Positions 33,250 through 47,270 of a stretch of 64,000 bases of DNA are shown here, piece by piece. Position 1 is the stretch's first letter; each line of letters starts with the position of its first letter. A program made the position numbers and the translations under genes. The notes beneath the pieces are model-generated. The model saw only the letters and a list, made by a program, of their open reading frames with translations, did no database searches and was not told where the DNA came from. The stretch is from assembly GCF_044704955.1 (NCBI RefSeq), contig NW_027253510.1, forward strand, positions 62,001 to 126,000, given 5' to 3'. The stretch comes from Pristiophorus japonicus. Its lineage: Eukaryota.

Positions 33250-34590
33250 ATAACATTAGGAGCAGGAGTAGGCCATTTGGCCCCTCGAGACTGCTCCATC
33301 AATTAATAAGATCATGGCTGATCTGATCTTGTGCTCAGCTCCACTTCTCCGCCCACTCCCCATAACCCGTATCATTGAAACATATACTTGCATTGGAGGT
33401 AGTTCAGAGAAGGTTCACTCGGTTGATTCCTGAGATGAAGGGGTTGATTTATAAGGAAAGGTTGAGTAGGTTGGGCCTATACACAGTGAAGTTCAGAAGA
33501 ATGAGAGGGGATCTTATTGAGACATAGAAGATAATGAGTGGGCTCGACAAGGTAAATGCAGAGAGGATACTTCCACTTGTGAGGGAATCTAGAACTAGGG
33601 GGTATAGTTTTAGAATAAGGGATCGCCCATTCTAAACTGAGATGAGGAGGAATTTCTTCTCCCAGTTAGTTGTAAATCTGTGGAATTCTCTGCCCCAGAG
33701 AGCTGTGGAGACTGGGTCATTGAATATATTTAAGGCGGAGATCGACAGATTTTTGAGTGATAAGGGAGTAAAGGGGTTATGGGGAGCGGGCAGGAAAGTT
33801 GAGCTGAGCCAATAATCAGATCAGCCATGATCTTATTGAATGGCGGACCAGGCTCGAGGGGCCCTTTGGCCTACTCCTGCTCCTATTTCTTATGTTTCTT
33901 ATGTTTACACAGTACCAGATCTAAGATAGCCTGCTCCCTGGTTGTTTCCACAATGTACTGTTCAAGGAAACCATTCCAGATACACTCGATGAATTCTTCC
34001 TCAAGACTATCTTGGCCAATTTGATTTGTCCAATCAATATATAGATTAAAATCGCCCATGATTATTGCCATAACTTTCTTACAAGATTCCAATACTGCTT
34101 GATTTATACTCTGTCCAACAGTGTAGCTTCTGTTAGGGGGTCTATAGACTATGCCCACCAGTGACTCTTCACATTATTTCTGATCTCCACCCAAACTGAT
34201 TCCACATCTTGATCTTCTGAGCCAATATCATTTCTCATTACTGCACTGATCTCATCCTTTATTAACAGAGCTACCCCACCTCCTTTTCCATTCTGTCCAT
34301 CCTTCCAAATTGTCAAAAATCCCTGAATTTTCAGTTCCCAGCCTTGGTCACCTTGCAACCATGGCTCTGTAATGGTTATCAGATCATACCCATTTCTATC
34401 TATTTGTGCCGTCAATTCATCTGTCTTGTTACAAATGCTGCGTGCATTCATATAAAGAGCTTTTGATTTTGTCTTTTACCATTTTCCCTGCTTTGACCTC
34501 ACTTTCTGATACACTTATGTTTATAAATTCTGTCCCTTCCTGTCACACTCTGGTTATCATTTCCCCCATCGCTCCCCTGCTCTACTGCCT
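33250..34590. mobile_element. CR1 fragments (3' end on plus; AP endonuclease on minus) nested within a GC-rich repeat
   Basis: MNARSICNKTDELTAQIDRNGYDLITITEPWLQG; GIVYRPPN..IIMGDFN. Confidence 0.8.
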
Positions 34591-37169
34591 TCTAGCCGCT
34601 AAGCACTTGCTGCCCGAGTGCCGCGCTGTCGGTGCCTGCCGTGAACCTCAGTGGTGGTTTAGCAGCGGCGCTATCAGTTAACGCCGTGCACTCTAGCACC
34701 ACCCACTTGGTGACGTCATGGGTGTACAACGCCACGTTAGTGCCGCGATCCTGAACTTCAGTCCTTTCGCCTGCCGTAGCGCCTGGCACTGTCACCGACA
34801 GGGAGAGCGGGTGTTCCATGGAAGCTCCTGGGGCGATGTTATAGAGCAGGAGCCTGTGGCTGGTCAGTTGTAAAATCTTTTAACATTGCCGTGATTCTGT
34901 GAGGTCGCACATACTGCTGCCGATGTTTCCAACGCTCCCTTCACCTTTCTGTCATTTTTCAGGTTTCCGAGCACCAGACCTTCATTATCCATGCAGTGCT
35001 ACCACCCCTAGAGCCCTAAAAGTAGCGTAGAACGCTTCCCTAAGTGCTCCGCTCCCCTGGGGCGCTACTAGTGAATATCCCGTTTGGACACGGTAAACAT
35101 CGCCCGGCGCTAATATTAGAACAGATTTTTAGGCCTAAGACTCTCTATGGGCTTTTGCACTGTAACTTGCGATAATCAGAGAGTAAAAACAGCGCGGTGC
35201 CCTCGACAGGGGATCTAGGACCTGTTTGAACACACCGTGATTTCTCCCGCAAAATCTGCACCATTGTAAAAAAAAAACTATTATGAGCAATTGGATTGGT
35301 TAACAAGCCATGACAGTGAAATGTTGGGTTTTTTCGACATAAAATGTTGACATGGGCCTTGAATTTTCTCGCAATCCTCAGCACTTGCACCATTATTGTG
35401 CTAAAAAAGAGCGAGGAAATTGGTTTTTTGACACATTTATGTACTGTGGGAAAACTCTCCATCCTCTCCAGAGGTTTTCGGGCCCGAGGACCATGGGAAG
35501 TGGATGGTGCCAATAAGTGTTCACCCATGTCCCTGATTACAGAAACAGGAAAGGGTTTATTTAAACTCAATATTGCAGATTTGTGACCAGTCTTGAGTTT
35601 CATCGAACAATAAAAGTGTGCCGGAGCTGAGCTACCTTCGGTGGACTGGATTGAATCGGTTTGGAGAATATAAAGGAGCAAAGCAAGTGCTGGTCATCCT
35701 GAGACAAGGGGCACTCCATCACACATGGTGCAGTGAGAGTTTCAGCCCCTATCGGCCACTGGAGAACCAGTTAAAATGGAAGAATAAAATGTTGCCCTGA
35801 AGTGGTGAACTGGCTGTCAGAGTTACAGCAGCAGCAGTTATTTCTCCAGATGTTTGAACACTCAAAGGACTGACACCATCGACCACAACAGAGCCAGAAG
35901 GTTTAGCAGGCTGCTCTAACACTATCCAGCAAGATGCCCATTGAACACCACCTTCCTACAGTGCCTATACTTTATAAGCCGATTATAAAGTCCAGTCGTA
36001 GCCCGAGAATCACCTGCAACTGCTTCTCTTCCCTAACCACCGACTCCATCCCTCTCCTGGCAACTGTCTGAGGCTGGACCAGACCGCTCGCAACCTTGGT
36101 GTCGCACTTGACCCCGAGATGAGCTTCTGACCACATATCCGCACTATCACCAAGATCGTCAACTTCAACCTCTGTAACATGGTCAGACTCTGCCCCTGCC
36201 TCAGCTTATCTGTTGTTGAAACCTCCCATCCATGCCTTTGTTACCTCTAGACTTTACCCTTGTGCTCGTGACCTAAATTGGCTCCTGGTCTGTTAATGCC
36301 TCAAAAATTCTCATCCTTGTTTTCAAATCCCTCATCCCTCCCTGAATTCCACCAGCCCTACAACCCTCCGAGATCTCAGCGCTCCTCCAATTCTGGCCTC
36401 TTGTGCAACCTCGATTTCAATCGCTCCAACATTGGCGGCCATGCCTTCAGCTGCCTCGCCCCTAAGCACTAGAATTCCCTCCCTAAACCTCTCCGCCGCT
36501 CGACCTCTCTCTCCTCATTAAAACCTACTACTTTGACCAAGCGCAGTATCACATTTTGTTTGATAATGCTCCTGTGAAGTGTCTTGGGACGTTTTACTAT
36601 GTTACAGGTGCAAGTTGTTATTATGCATGTGATTGCTCTGAGGGCTACTGCCAGGAATAAAATCAGAAAATGCTGGAAACATTCAGCAGGTCAGAGCATC
36701 TACGGAGAGAGAAACAGAGTTAACGTTTCAGGTTGATGGTCCTTCGTCAGTTCTGACCTGCTGAGTATTTCCAGCATTTTCTGTTTTGATTTCAGATTTC
36801 CAGCATCCGCATTATTGTGCTTTTGAGTCGCTGACAGGGTTTTCTGTACATGTTGAACCTCCCTTATCCAGAACCCTGGAAACCTGGCCTGTTCTGCATA
36901 AGGGATTTTTCCGGATGAGGAGTGGTCATCTTAAATTGGATGGTACAGGTACTGAGCAAGGGGATATCAGGGCTGGCTGGCTTGGGGCTGGGAGTGCGGC
37001 AGAGAGATCATGGGGCGGGGGGGGGTGGATCGCGGGGTCAGGCCAACGATTGCTGGAGTCGGCAGCGAGGAAGGACTTCAATTTGTTCATGTAGGACTTC
37101 TGAGCATGTGCCACCGGTGGCCGGGAATGGTTCTGGACGAGGGGTGGCTCTGGATACGGGAGTTCTGGA

Positions 37170-38935
37170 TAAGAACATAATAACATCATAAATAGGAGCA
37201 GGAGTAGGCCATACGGCACCTCAAGCCTGCTCTGCCATTTAATACGATCTTGGCTGATCCGATCATGGTCTCAGATCCACTTCCCTGCCCGTTCCCCATA
37301 ACCCCTTATTCCCTTATCGGTTCAAAAACTATCTATCTCTATCGTAAATTTATTCAGTGTCCCAGCTTCAATAGCTCTCTGAGGCAGTGAATTCCACAGT
37401 TTTACAACCCTCTGAGAAAAGACATTTTTCCTCATCTCAGTTTTAAAACGGCCCCTTATTATCAGAGTATGCCCCCTAGTTCTAGTCTCCCCTATCAGTG
37501 GAAACATTCTCTCTGTATCCACCTTGTCAAGCCCCCTCATCATCTTATACATTTCGATAAGATCATCTCTCAATTCCAATGCTTAGAGACCCAACCTACT
37601 CAACCTTTCCACATAGGTTAACCCCCTCATCTCCGGAATCAACCTTGTGAACCTTCTCTGAACTGCCGCCAAAGCAAGTATATCCTTTCATAAATATTCG
37701 AGGTGTGGCCTCACCAATATCCTGTATAACTGTAGCAAGACTTCCCTACTTTTATACTCCATCCCCTTTGCAATAAAAACCAAGATTACATTGGCCTTCC
37801 TGATCACTTGCTGTACTGTAGCACTTTGCAATCTTTCTCCATTTAAATAATAACTTGCTCTTTGATTTTTTTCTGCCAAAGTACGTGACCTCACACTTTC
37901 CAACATTATACTCCATCTGCCAAATTTTTACCCACTCACTTAGCCTGTCTACGTTCTTTTGCAGATTTTTTGTGTCCTCCTCACCCATTGCTTTTCCTCC
38001 CATCTTTGTATCGTCAGCAAACTTGGCAATGTGACACTCAGTCCCTTCTTCCAAGTCGTTAATATAGATTGTAAATATTTGGGGTCCCGGCACTGATCCC
38101 TGTGGCACCCCACTAGTTACTGATTGCCAACCCGAGAATGAACCATTTATCCTGACTCTCTGTTTTCTGTTTGTTAGCCAATCCTCTACCCATGCTAATA
38201 TATTACCCCCAAACCCGTAACTTTTATCTTGTGCAGTAACCTTTTATGTGGCACCTTGCCTTCTGGAAGTCCAAATACACCACATCCACTGGTTCCCCTT
38301 CATCCATCCTGTTCGCTGCATCCTCAAAGAATTCCAGCAAATTTGTCAAACATGACTTCCCCTTCATAAATCCATGCTGACTGCCTGACCGAATTATGCT
38401 TTTCCAAATGTCCGACTACTACTTCTTTAATAATGGACTCCAACATTTTCCCAACCACAGATGTTAGGCTAACTGGTCTCTCGTTTCCCGCTTTTTGTCT
38501 GCCTTTTTTTTTAAATAGGGGCGTTACATTTGCAGTTTTCCAATCTGCTGGGACCTCCCCAGAATCCAGGGAATGTTGCTATATTACAACCAGTGCATCT
38601 ACTATCCCTGCCGCTACTTCTCTTAAGAGCTTAGGATGCAAGCCATCATGTCATGGGGATTTATCTGCCTTTAGACCCATTATCTTACTGAGTACCACCT
38701 CCATTGTGATTGTGTTAAGTTCTTCGCCCCCCCTCCATTGCCCCTTGACTATCCACTGTTGGGATATTGTTAGTGTCCTCTACTGTAAAGACTGATACAA
38801 AATATTTGTTCAGAGTTTCTGCCGTCTCCATGTTCCCCATTACTAATTCCCCGGTCGCGTCCTCTAAGGGACCAACATTTACTTTAGCCACTCTTCCTGT
38901 TTATATACCTATAGAAACTGTTGCTTTCTGTTTTT
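37170..38935 (-). mobile_element. CR1 LINE RT and 3' end
   Basis: PQGSVPGPQIFTIYINDLEEG..FADDTKMGG; KNVFSQRVVKLWNSLP. Confidence 0.88.
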
Positions 38936-41319
38936 AAGGGAGGTTCAACCTGTACTTGAAATGAAGGCACAGGTTTCACCCACTCAGTGTTGAAGGGGAG
39001 AATGTGGGGCAGTAATAATGTCCAATGAAGCCTTTTTTCCACAGCCTCAGAGATGTGATCACACAGTCACGGCAATGTTTGCACCGCAAGTTTAACGTTG
39101 GTGCATAACTAAAGTTCCATTGCAAATCCAGTGTCAGGATTTAACTCCACTCTGGAGTGAGGTGCAGTGAGAGTCAAAGTCCGACATTAATCCAGAGCGC
39201 CATTTGGATATCCTGTTAAAGGTGCTATATAAATGCAAGTTATTTTTATGCAGACAGGTACAGTGCTCTTTCCTAAACAGGCAGCCAGGAGCCAAGTCAT
39301 ACTTAAAGCCAAACTCCAGCTCCCGTCTCACACCAGAAGTTGGTGTAAATGCACGCTGAATGGAATCTGCCAATATAATAATGCTGCTTCCTCTTCTGAG
39401 GCACACATGTTGAAATTGGATATTAATAAATTCAGCACATTGCTAGATCACTGCAGAATATGTATGTCTAACAGGACACGGTTTCGCAATCAGTAACAGA
39501 ACCCATCAAAAGTCGAACATACTGAAGCAAACATTCACTACTTCCGAACCAAACTGGAACAAGTACCTACCCACAGAGTGAAAACCAGGAACATTTTACA
39601 GATCATTCCAACTGGAAAGCGTGCCCCTACAGCCACTAATCTATCAGACACTATAATCTATCAGATAAGCAGATGTTACTTGGTGACACCAGTTACTTGT
39701 GACAAATCATCAGGTGGTACGTAGAGGGAGGAGGGACAGATATCAAAGCAAACAGGCTGACAAGACTTCAGTGATACTAAATGAAAAGGATAATACAATA
39801 ATTGGGTTGTGCGTAAGGCAGCTTGGAAGCAAATTCCGAATTCTGGTCTAACTCCTTAATTGCAGTTATTTTCCCAGCTCCTGCTCCCACCAGAGGAACT
39901 GAGTGTTTCTACCCATTGTCAACAGTACCTTTTACATCTTCCAATCTTCAAAATGTGGTTCCAGGGAAGCCAAGCTGATGAAAGAAAGTGATGCAAGGTT
40001 TACGAACCAATATAATGAATACAGGACAGCTACAAAAGGATAAATAAGAGAGTAACAGAGTTAACTAGCAATAAAAACATAAAGGAAATAAAAAGGCTTC
40101 TCCAAGCATATTGGGTAGTGAGCAGGTAGTCAGGGCTACTGAGAGATGGGGGAGACAAAGGTAGTCGTGGGAGGGTGGGAATGAAAGAGATATGACATAA
40201 GGCTTTTGTCTCAGCTTTCATAGAGGAGGTGGTTATTGAGATGTAGAACCAGCAGAGGTGGGGGTTATTATTCACACAGAGATTGGACACAACACACAAC
40301 TTAAAATTAAGGTAGGTGGATGGTTTCCATCTCAGGATCTTGAGGGAAATGAGTGAAGAAATATTTCAAATGGGCACCCAGCACAAAGGGGCAGAAGGGG
40401 AAGCTCACATTAACGGTAACGATGGCACCTCTGCTTGGGCCCACATGCCACCTTTGCCCCTATGTCCAGCTGCCTCCATGTTGCATCCTCACTAATTCCA
40501 TCCTGGCATCTTACCTGTCCGAGCATCAGCACTGAGACGCCCATTAGTGAGGCACTGGACAGTGAGAAGGGTTATCACCAGGCGAACCACTAGTGAGAAT
40601 AAAGACCGAAGAGTGGAAGAGAGGATCAGTACCGTTCCACCATGGCAGGAGGAGAAACAACAGTCCTCCCAGGCCAATGATTTGGGAGCATCAGTCTCGT
40701 GAGCAGCTGGTGGAGACAGTTTCCACGCATGTGGTTGAGAGGATGGACAAGTGGGAGGAGTCCAGCACCAACATCTGCAACAATATTTATTCTTCCTGCA
40801 CCTCCCAAAAGACTCCAAAAAGACTGATCAACCTACTCCTCCCCCTTAATACTTTTCTGCTAACTTGACTCCCCAGATTTCGAACCCCTCCCTCCCAAAA
40901 TGGCGAGCTACCATATGATTAATTATAACGTGCCTTCAGCTTGGTGGTTCCATGCAAATGAGGCCTGACCCTGAAAATGAATCCGGCTTCTTACAGCCTA
41001 CCTCAACAACAACAACAACTGGTATTTATATAGCACCTTTAACACAGTGAAACATCCCAAGGTGCTTCACAGGAGTATTATGAGACAATAAAAATTGACA
41101 CCAAGCCACATAAGGAGAAATTAGCGCAGGTGATCAAAAGCTTGTTCAAAGAGGTAGGTTTTAAGGATTGTCTTGAAGGAGGAAAGAGAGGCAGAGAGGT
41201 TTAGACAGGGAGTTCTAGAGCTTAGGGCCCAGGCAACAGAAGGCATGGCCACCAATGGTTGAGTGATTATAATCGGGGATGCTCAAGAGGGCAGAATTAG
41301 AGGAACGCAGAGATCTCGA

Positions 41320-42670
41320 ACAATGACCGACAGGAAAAGACCTACTGCTCCATCCAGCCTGTCCCACACAATTGTGATACCTTGTGTACCACAATATATA
41401 CACTCCACCCCACTCAAAACCATGTGATTTCCTGGGAGAGATGAAAAAACAGAAAGAAACCCAGGCCAAATGAGGGAAAAATGCGGGAAATTCCTCTCCG
41501 CCCCCTGCCCCCAGGTGATCGGAACTAATCCGGGAGATCACGCTGGCCCTGATAATTTCTTGCAGTACCTACCTATTGTATGAGGTGATCTCCACCCCAA
41601 CCAGAAACAGGTTCAGCGCTCGCTTGAAGAAATTCACTGAATCCGTGTCCATCGCATGAGCCAGCAGTCTGTTCCAGGGTAGAAACATAGAAAATAGGCG
41701 CAGGAGTAGGCCATTCGGCCCTTCGAGCCTGCATCACCATTCAATGGCTGATCATTCCCTCAGTACCCCTTTCCTGCTTTCTCTCCATATCCCTTGATCT
41801 TCTTAGCCATAAGGGCCATATCTAACTCCCTCTTGAATATATCCAATGAACGGGCATCAGTAACTCTCTACGGCAGGGAATTCCACAGGTTAACAATTCT
41901 GAGTGAAGAAGTTTCTCCTCATCTCAGTCCTAATTGGCCTACCCCTTATCCTAAAACTGTGTCCCCTGGTTCTGGACTTCTCCTACATCGGGAACATTCT
42001 ACCTGCATCTAACCTGTCCCGTCCCGTCAGAATCTTGTCTGTTTCTATGAGATTCCCTCTCATCCTTCTAAACCCCAATGTATAAAGGCCCAGTTGATCC
42101 AGTCTTTTCTCATACGTCAGTCCTGCCATCCCATGAATTAGTCTGATGAACCTTCGCTAGACTCCCTAAATAGCAAGAACGCCCTTCCTCAGATTCGGAG
42201 ACCAAAACTGAACACAATATTCCAGGTGAGGCCTCACCAAGGTCCTGTACAACTGCAGTAAGACCTCCCTGCTCAAATACTCAAATCCCCTAGCTATGAA
42301 GGCCAGGGTCCGCTGTTCCCTGGGCAAAGAACCACCTCCTAACATCTAACCTCGATCTGGCCTTACACAATTTCACATCGTGACCCCTGGTCCTCCCTAA
42401 CCTTTGTAATTGGAACAAACTGTCAACTCGAACATAATCGCTTCCCTTCATTATCTTATAAACCTTGATTAGATCAGCCCTAAGTCTTCTCCAATGTGTA
42501 GAGTCCCAGCTCGTTTAGCCTACCTTGATAACTAGGAAACTTTAAACTGGGAACTAGTCAAGTGGCCCTCCTCTGCACCCTTTTCAAAGCCTCAAAATCA
42601 CCCACCATGTGAGGAGACCAAAACTGGACACAGTGTTCCACGTGCAGCCTGAGGAAGGTCTCTTACAAGG
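41320..42670 (-). mobile_element. Older CR1 3' fragment with a younger CR1 3' end (41680-42305) inserted
   Basis: CR1 C-terminal motifs; the flanking older element resumes after 42305. Confidence 0.7.
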
Positions 42671-43439
42671 GTAGAAAGTATACTCACTATTTTAGGATCT
42701 CTCCGCCCATCACCTGCCCGATGAATGCTCCACTTCAAGATTATCCCTGGGTCTCTAAGTGTAGTAGATCATTTACTATGAAGATAATTCTTCATGTGGG
42801 GAGAGGGGGTGAAAATGGGTATCTTTGAACTAGGCTGTGAGTGACAGTTTCATTCAATGGTCAGCGGCACCTTTATAATATTTGCTTAATATCAGTCTGG
42901 GCTTCAAAGCGAAGGATGGGTATAACTGTTCCTGAATTTGAAACTTTTGTTCATTGAAACTGATTATTTTTGTCAATTGCACCTCGCTCCTATTTTACTA
43001 TCAGAATAACATGCCCATGGGAGACGTGCCAATCGCTGTCTCAGCCTTCACATTTTAACCTAATATGGTTTGCAGAATCAAACGTGGGCCTGAGTTGAGG
43101 AAATAGGCTGAGAAATGAGCAGGAGCCAAAGGAAACACTGTAAAGTCTGTGGTTTATGTGCTTAGCTCTCGAACTTGATCTTTATATCGTTGTGAACAAG
43201 TTTCTCACACATTATTCAGCAGAAGCTTTTTATTTTTCATTTCACTGATGCAAGTAAATGTCAGAAAAAATTTAACTTTACAGAAACCTCAATATTTGAT
43301 GCAGCAAAACCACTTAATGTAAGTTAACAACAAGAACAACTGGTATCTATATAGCACCTTCAACAGGGTACAACGTTCCAAGATGTTTCACAGGAGCATT
43401 ATAAAGCACAATTTCAACTGAACCACAGAAAAGCTTAGA

Positions 43440-46400
43440 AACAGAAATTTACAGCGCAGAAGGAGGACATTCCGTCCCATCGTGTCTGCAGCAGACGACA
43501 AAGAGCCGCACGGCCCTTCGTCAGCAGCCTAAAGGTTACATACAAACCCATGAACAATAACGGAAAGACAAAGAGCAACCAGTCCACCACACAGTACTGC
43601 AACACCCCTTATACTAAAAACATCGACACTCCACCCCAACTGGAGCCATGTGATCTCCTGGGAGAGGCAAAATCCAGATAAAAACCCAGGCCAATTAAGG
43701 GAGAAAAAATCTGGGAAAATTTCTCTCCGACCCATCCAGGCGATCGAAACTAGTCCAGGAGATCATCCTGGCCGTATTCTATTCCCTGTAGTACTGACCA
43801 TTATATCTGTGCCGACCAACAAAAGGTCATCTAGTCTAATCCCAATTACCAGCTCTTGGTCCGTAACCCTGCAGGTTACAGCAATTTAAGTGCCCATCCA
43901 ACCATCTCTTAAAAGTGGTGAGGGTTTCTGCATCCACCACTCTTCCAGGCATCGAGTTCCAGATCCCCACAACCCTCTGTGTAAAGAAGAACCCTCCCAC
44001 AAATCCCCTCTAAATCTTCCACCAACCACCTTAAACCTCTGCCCCCTCGTATTAGCCCCCTCCATCAATGGAAATAGACCCTTACTATCCACTATCTCCA
44101 GCCCCTCAATATTTTGTACACCTCGATGAGGTCTCCCCTCAACCTCCTCTGTTCCAATTAGAACAAACCCAGCCTATCCAATCTGTTCTCATAACTGAGA
44201 TTCTCCATTCCAGGCAGCATCCTAGTAAATCTCCTCTGCACCCTCTCGTACAATCACGTTCTTCTTATAATACGGCGACCAGAACTGCATGCAGTACTCC
44301 AGCTGTGGCCTAACCAAAGCATTATACAATTCAACATAACCTCCCTGCTCTTATATTCTATGCCTTGGCCAATAAAGGCAAGCATTCTGTATGCCTTCTT
44401 AACCACCTTATCCACCTGACCTACTTTCAGGGATCTGTGGACAAGCACTCCAAGATCCCTTTGCCCATCTACACTATTAAGTGGCCTACCGCTTAATGTG
44501 TATACCCTTTGCTTATTAGCCCTCCCAAAGTGCATCACCTCACACTTCTCTGAATTAAATTCCATTTGCCTACTGCTCTGCCTACCTGACCCGTAGATTG
44601 ATATCCTCCTGCAGCCCATGACTTTCCTCTTCATCATCAACCACACAGCCAATTTTAGTGTTGTCTGCAAACTTCTTAATCATACTTCCAATATTCAGAT
44701 CTAAATCGTTGATTTGTACCACAAAAAGCAAGGGACCCAGTACTGAGCCCTGCGGAACCCCACTACAAATATCCTTCCAGTCACAAGAACATCCATCAAT
44801 CATTACCCTTTGCTTCCTACCTCCAAGCCAATTTTGGATCCAACTTGACACTTTGCCTTGGATCCCATGGCCTTTAACCTTCATGACCAGTCTACCATGC
44901 GGGACCTTATCAAAAGCCTTGCTAATCGTACGCACTACCCTCATCGACCCTCTTGGTTACCTCCTCAAAAAATTCAATCAGGTTAGTCAAACGCGATCTT
45001 CCCTTAACAAATCCGTGCTGACTGTCCCTAATTAATCCTTGCCTATCCAAATGCAGATTTATCCTGTCTTTCAGGATTTTTTCCAATCATTTTCCCACCA
45101 CTGACGTTAGGCTGACTGGCCTGTAATTACTCGGCCTATCACTTTCTCCCTTCTTAAACAAGGGTACTACATTAGCAGTCCTCCAATCTTCTGGCCCATA
45201 TCCAAAGAGGACTGGAAAATGATGGTCAAGGCCTCTGCTATTTCCTCTTTTACTTCACTCAACAACCTGAGATGCATTTCATTTGGGCCTGGGGACTTAT
45301 CTACTTTCAAAGCTGCTAAACCCCTAAATACTTCCTCTTTCACTATATTCATCCAGAATATCACACTCCTCCTCGATAGCAGTATCTGCATTACCGCTTT
45401 CCTTTGAGGAAACAGATGGCAAGTATTCGTTAAGAACCCTACCAACATCTTCTGCCTCCTCACAGAGATTACCCTCATGGTCTCTAATACCCTTTCCTTA
45501 GTTACCCCTTACTCTTAATATATTTATAGAACATCTTAGGGTTTTCCTTAATTTTACTGGCCAAGAATTTCTCGTGCTCTCTCTTAGCATTCCTAATATC
45601 CTTTTTAATTTTACCTCTTATCTTTCTATATTCCTCTAAAGTATTTAGCCATTGATATGTGACATAAGTGTCCCTTTTTTTCTTAATCCTCCCCTGTAAG
45701 TCTCTAGACATCCAGGGGGCTCGAGAATTATTTTTCCCAGCATTTTCTTTAAGGGCACATGTTTAGCCTGAACCTTTCGGATCTCCTCCTTGAATGCCTC
45801 CCACTATTCCGGCACCGATTTACCCACAAGTAGCTGTTTCCAGTCCACTATAGACACATCACTCCTTAACTTAGCAAAATTAGCTTTTTCCCAATTAGTA
45901 ACTTTTATTTCAGGCCTATTCTTGTCCTTATCCATAACCAACTTGAATCTGACTGAATTATGGTCACTAGCACTCAAATGCTCCCCCACTAATACCCCTT
46001 CATCTTGCCCAGCTTCATTCCCCAAAACCAAATCCAAGCCTGCCCCCTCTCGTGTTGGGCTTGTTACATACTGACTAAAACATTCTCTTCAATGCATTTC
46101 AAGAATTCCGCACCCTCTATACCCTTCACACTAAATTTGTCCCAATCATTATTTCCATCGTTAAAATCCCCTACTATTACTACCCTATGGTGTTTAGACT
46201 TCACAGCCTACATATTTGCTCCTCTATCTCCCCCCCACTGTTTGGAGGTCTATAATACACTCCCAGCTGTGTGATCGCCCCTTTTTTATTTTTCAATTCG
46301 ACCCATATGGCCTCAGTTAATGATCACTCTAACATATCATTCCTCCTTACCGCTGTAATAGTTACTTTAATTTGTACTGCAACCCACCCCGCTCCCCCCC

Positions 46401-47270
46401 CCCCCTTTTTACCCCCCTCTCTATCTTGTCAAAATATCCTGTAGCCAGGATTATTAATCTTCCAAACCTGCCCCTCTTTCAGCAATGTTTCTGTAATGGC
46501 TATAATGTCATACTCCCAAGTGTCTATCTACGCTCTTATCTCATCCGCCTTATTCGCTATACTCCTTGCATTAAAGTATATACCATTCAGCACAGGAAGA
46601 TCTCCTTGCTTACTACATACTAAGCCCTGTTTCCTCTGTTTTACAGATTCGCTTTGTAGGTTCTTGCTATCCAACTTCTGCTTTACTTCCTTCCCTATTG
46701 AATTTGTTCTCAGGTTCCCATCCCCCTGCCAAGCTAGTTTAAGCTCTCCCCAACTACACCAGCAAAACTCTCTGCGAGGTTATTGGTCCCGGCGCTGTTG
46801 AGGTGCAACCCGTCCGGTTTGTACAGGTCCCATCTCCCCAGAAGCAGTCCCAATGCCTCGACTTTAAAGCCCTCCCTCCTGCACCAATTTTCCAGCACGT
46901 GTTCATCCTCTCTATCCTTCTATTCTTGCACTCATTAGCACGTGGCACTGATAGTAACCCGGAGATAACTACCTTTGAGGCCCTACCCTTGACTCTGGCA
47001 CCAGGGAGGCATAAAACCATTCGGGAGTCACGTGTACAGCCGCAGAAACGCCTGTCTGTTCCCCTAACTATAGAATACCCTATCACTAGGAGTTTTTTGT
47101 TCTTCGTCCCTCCCCCCTGTGCAGCTGAGCCAGCTTGGTGCCTTCGTCCTTACCGAAACTCAGAATTAAATATTGGTTTGAAAGTGAGATGGACTCACGG
47201 GGGGGACTCCTGCGCTACCTGCCTAGCACACTTACTACTTCTGGTGGTCACCCACTTCTCTGCCTGCACT
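43440..47270 (-). mobile_element. Long degenerate CR1 LINE, from the ORF1 esterase-like region to the 3' UTR
   Basis: IGYSIVRGTDRRFCG..RMVLCLPGARV (SGNH-esterase-like ORF1); DLVLGNE..EHLSASDHN; KSPGPNEMH; SKAFDKVPHGRL; [13 protein letters not shown]; FADNTKIG. Confidence 0.88.

Noticed and set aside
39476-39716. Exon-like plus-strand segment in apparently unique sequence
   Set aside because: Stops in all frames and no recognisable domain.
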